A DNA stretch of 62,820 nucleotides, filler included, from Nemertoderma westbladi (taxonomy: Eukaryota > Animalia > Xenacoelomorpha): the NCBI GenBank assembly GCA_032718475.1. It is 2 parts of 2 records of this genome, joined end to end, with 100 filler letters (N's around TTAATTAATTAA, not from the genome) between each part and the next. Parts side by side here need not be neighbours in the genome. Positions count along the whole stretch, not along the records: positions 31,828 to 62,820 come from JAUCBJ010006390.1; 1 more part is not named here. The stretch is one strand, 5' to 3'. Position numbers and translations under genes: made by a program. The notes below the pieces were generated by a model, which saw only the letters and a program-made list of their open reading frames with translations, did no database searches and was not told the origin of the DNA. Shown here one piece after another: positions 62,715-62,820 of the stretch; positions within the stretch are counted from its first letter, which is position 1, and each line of letters opens with the position of its first letter.

Positions 62715-62820
62715 GGTACTCGTTAACCTGTTAACATTTGTTTTTTACTTAATTGCCTTAATCTGCTAAGGTCGTAATCTATTTATAAGAGCCGACGTGA
62801 CGTCTCTACAGAAATAAGGG

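Overview
This is animal (invertebrate-type) eukaryotic DNA, heavily loaded with transposons. It is made of two contigs joined by an artificial 100-nt linker (44 N + TTAATTAATTAA + 44 N, 31728-31827). Left contig: the 3' half of a BEL/Pao LTR retrotransposon followed by ~6 kb of unusual sequence carrying an intact 591-aa zinc-knuckle ORF; then MITEs, a 68-bp satellite and a tRNA-like element; then a second BEL/Pao element whose gag-pol is split by a full-length L2-type LINE. In that LINE, ORF1 and ORF2 are in the same frame, separated only by TGA-CTA (a classic stop-codon readthrough context), and ORF2 carries two in-frame minisatellites. Right contig: two minus-strand host genes (a two-exon domino/SRCAP SWR1-type ATPase and the large last exon of hnRNP L), surrounded by nested MITEs, decayed Gypsy, RTE, CRE and L2 elements and a tRNA-derived SINE. 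The strongest leads are the probable readthrough-fused LINE and the BEL/Pao accessory ORF. All calls come from motif recognition by eye; no searches were run.
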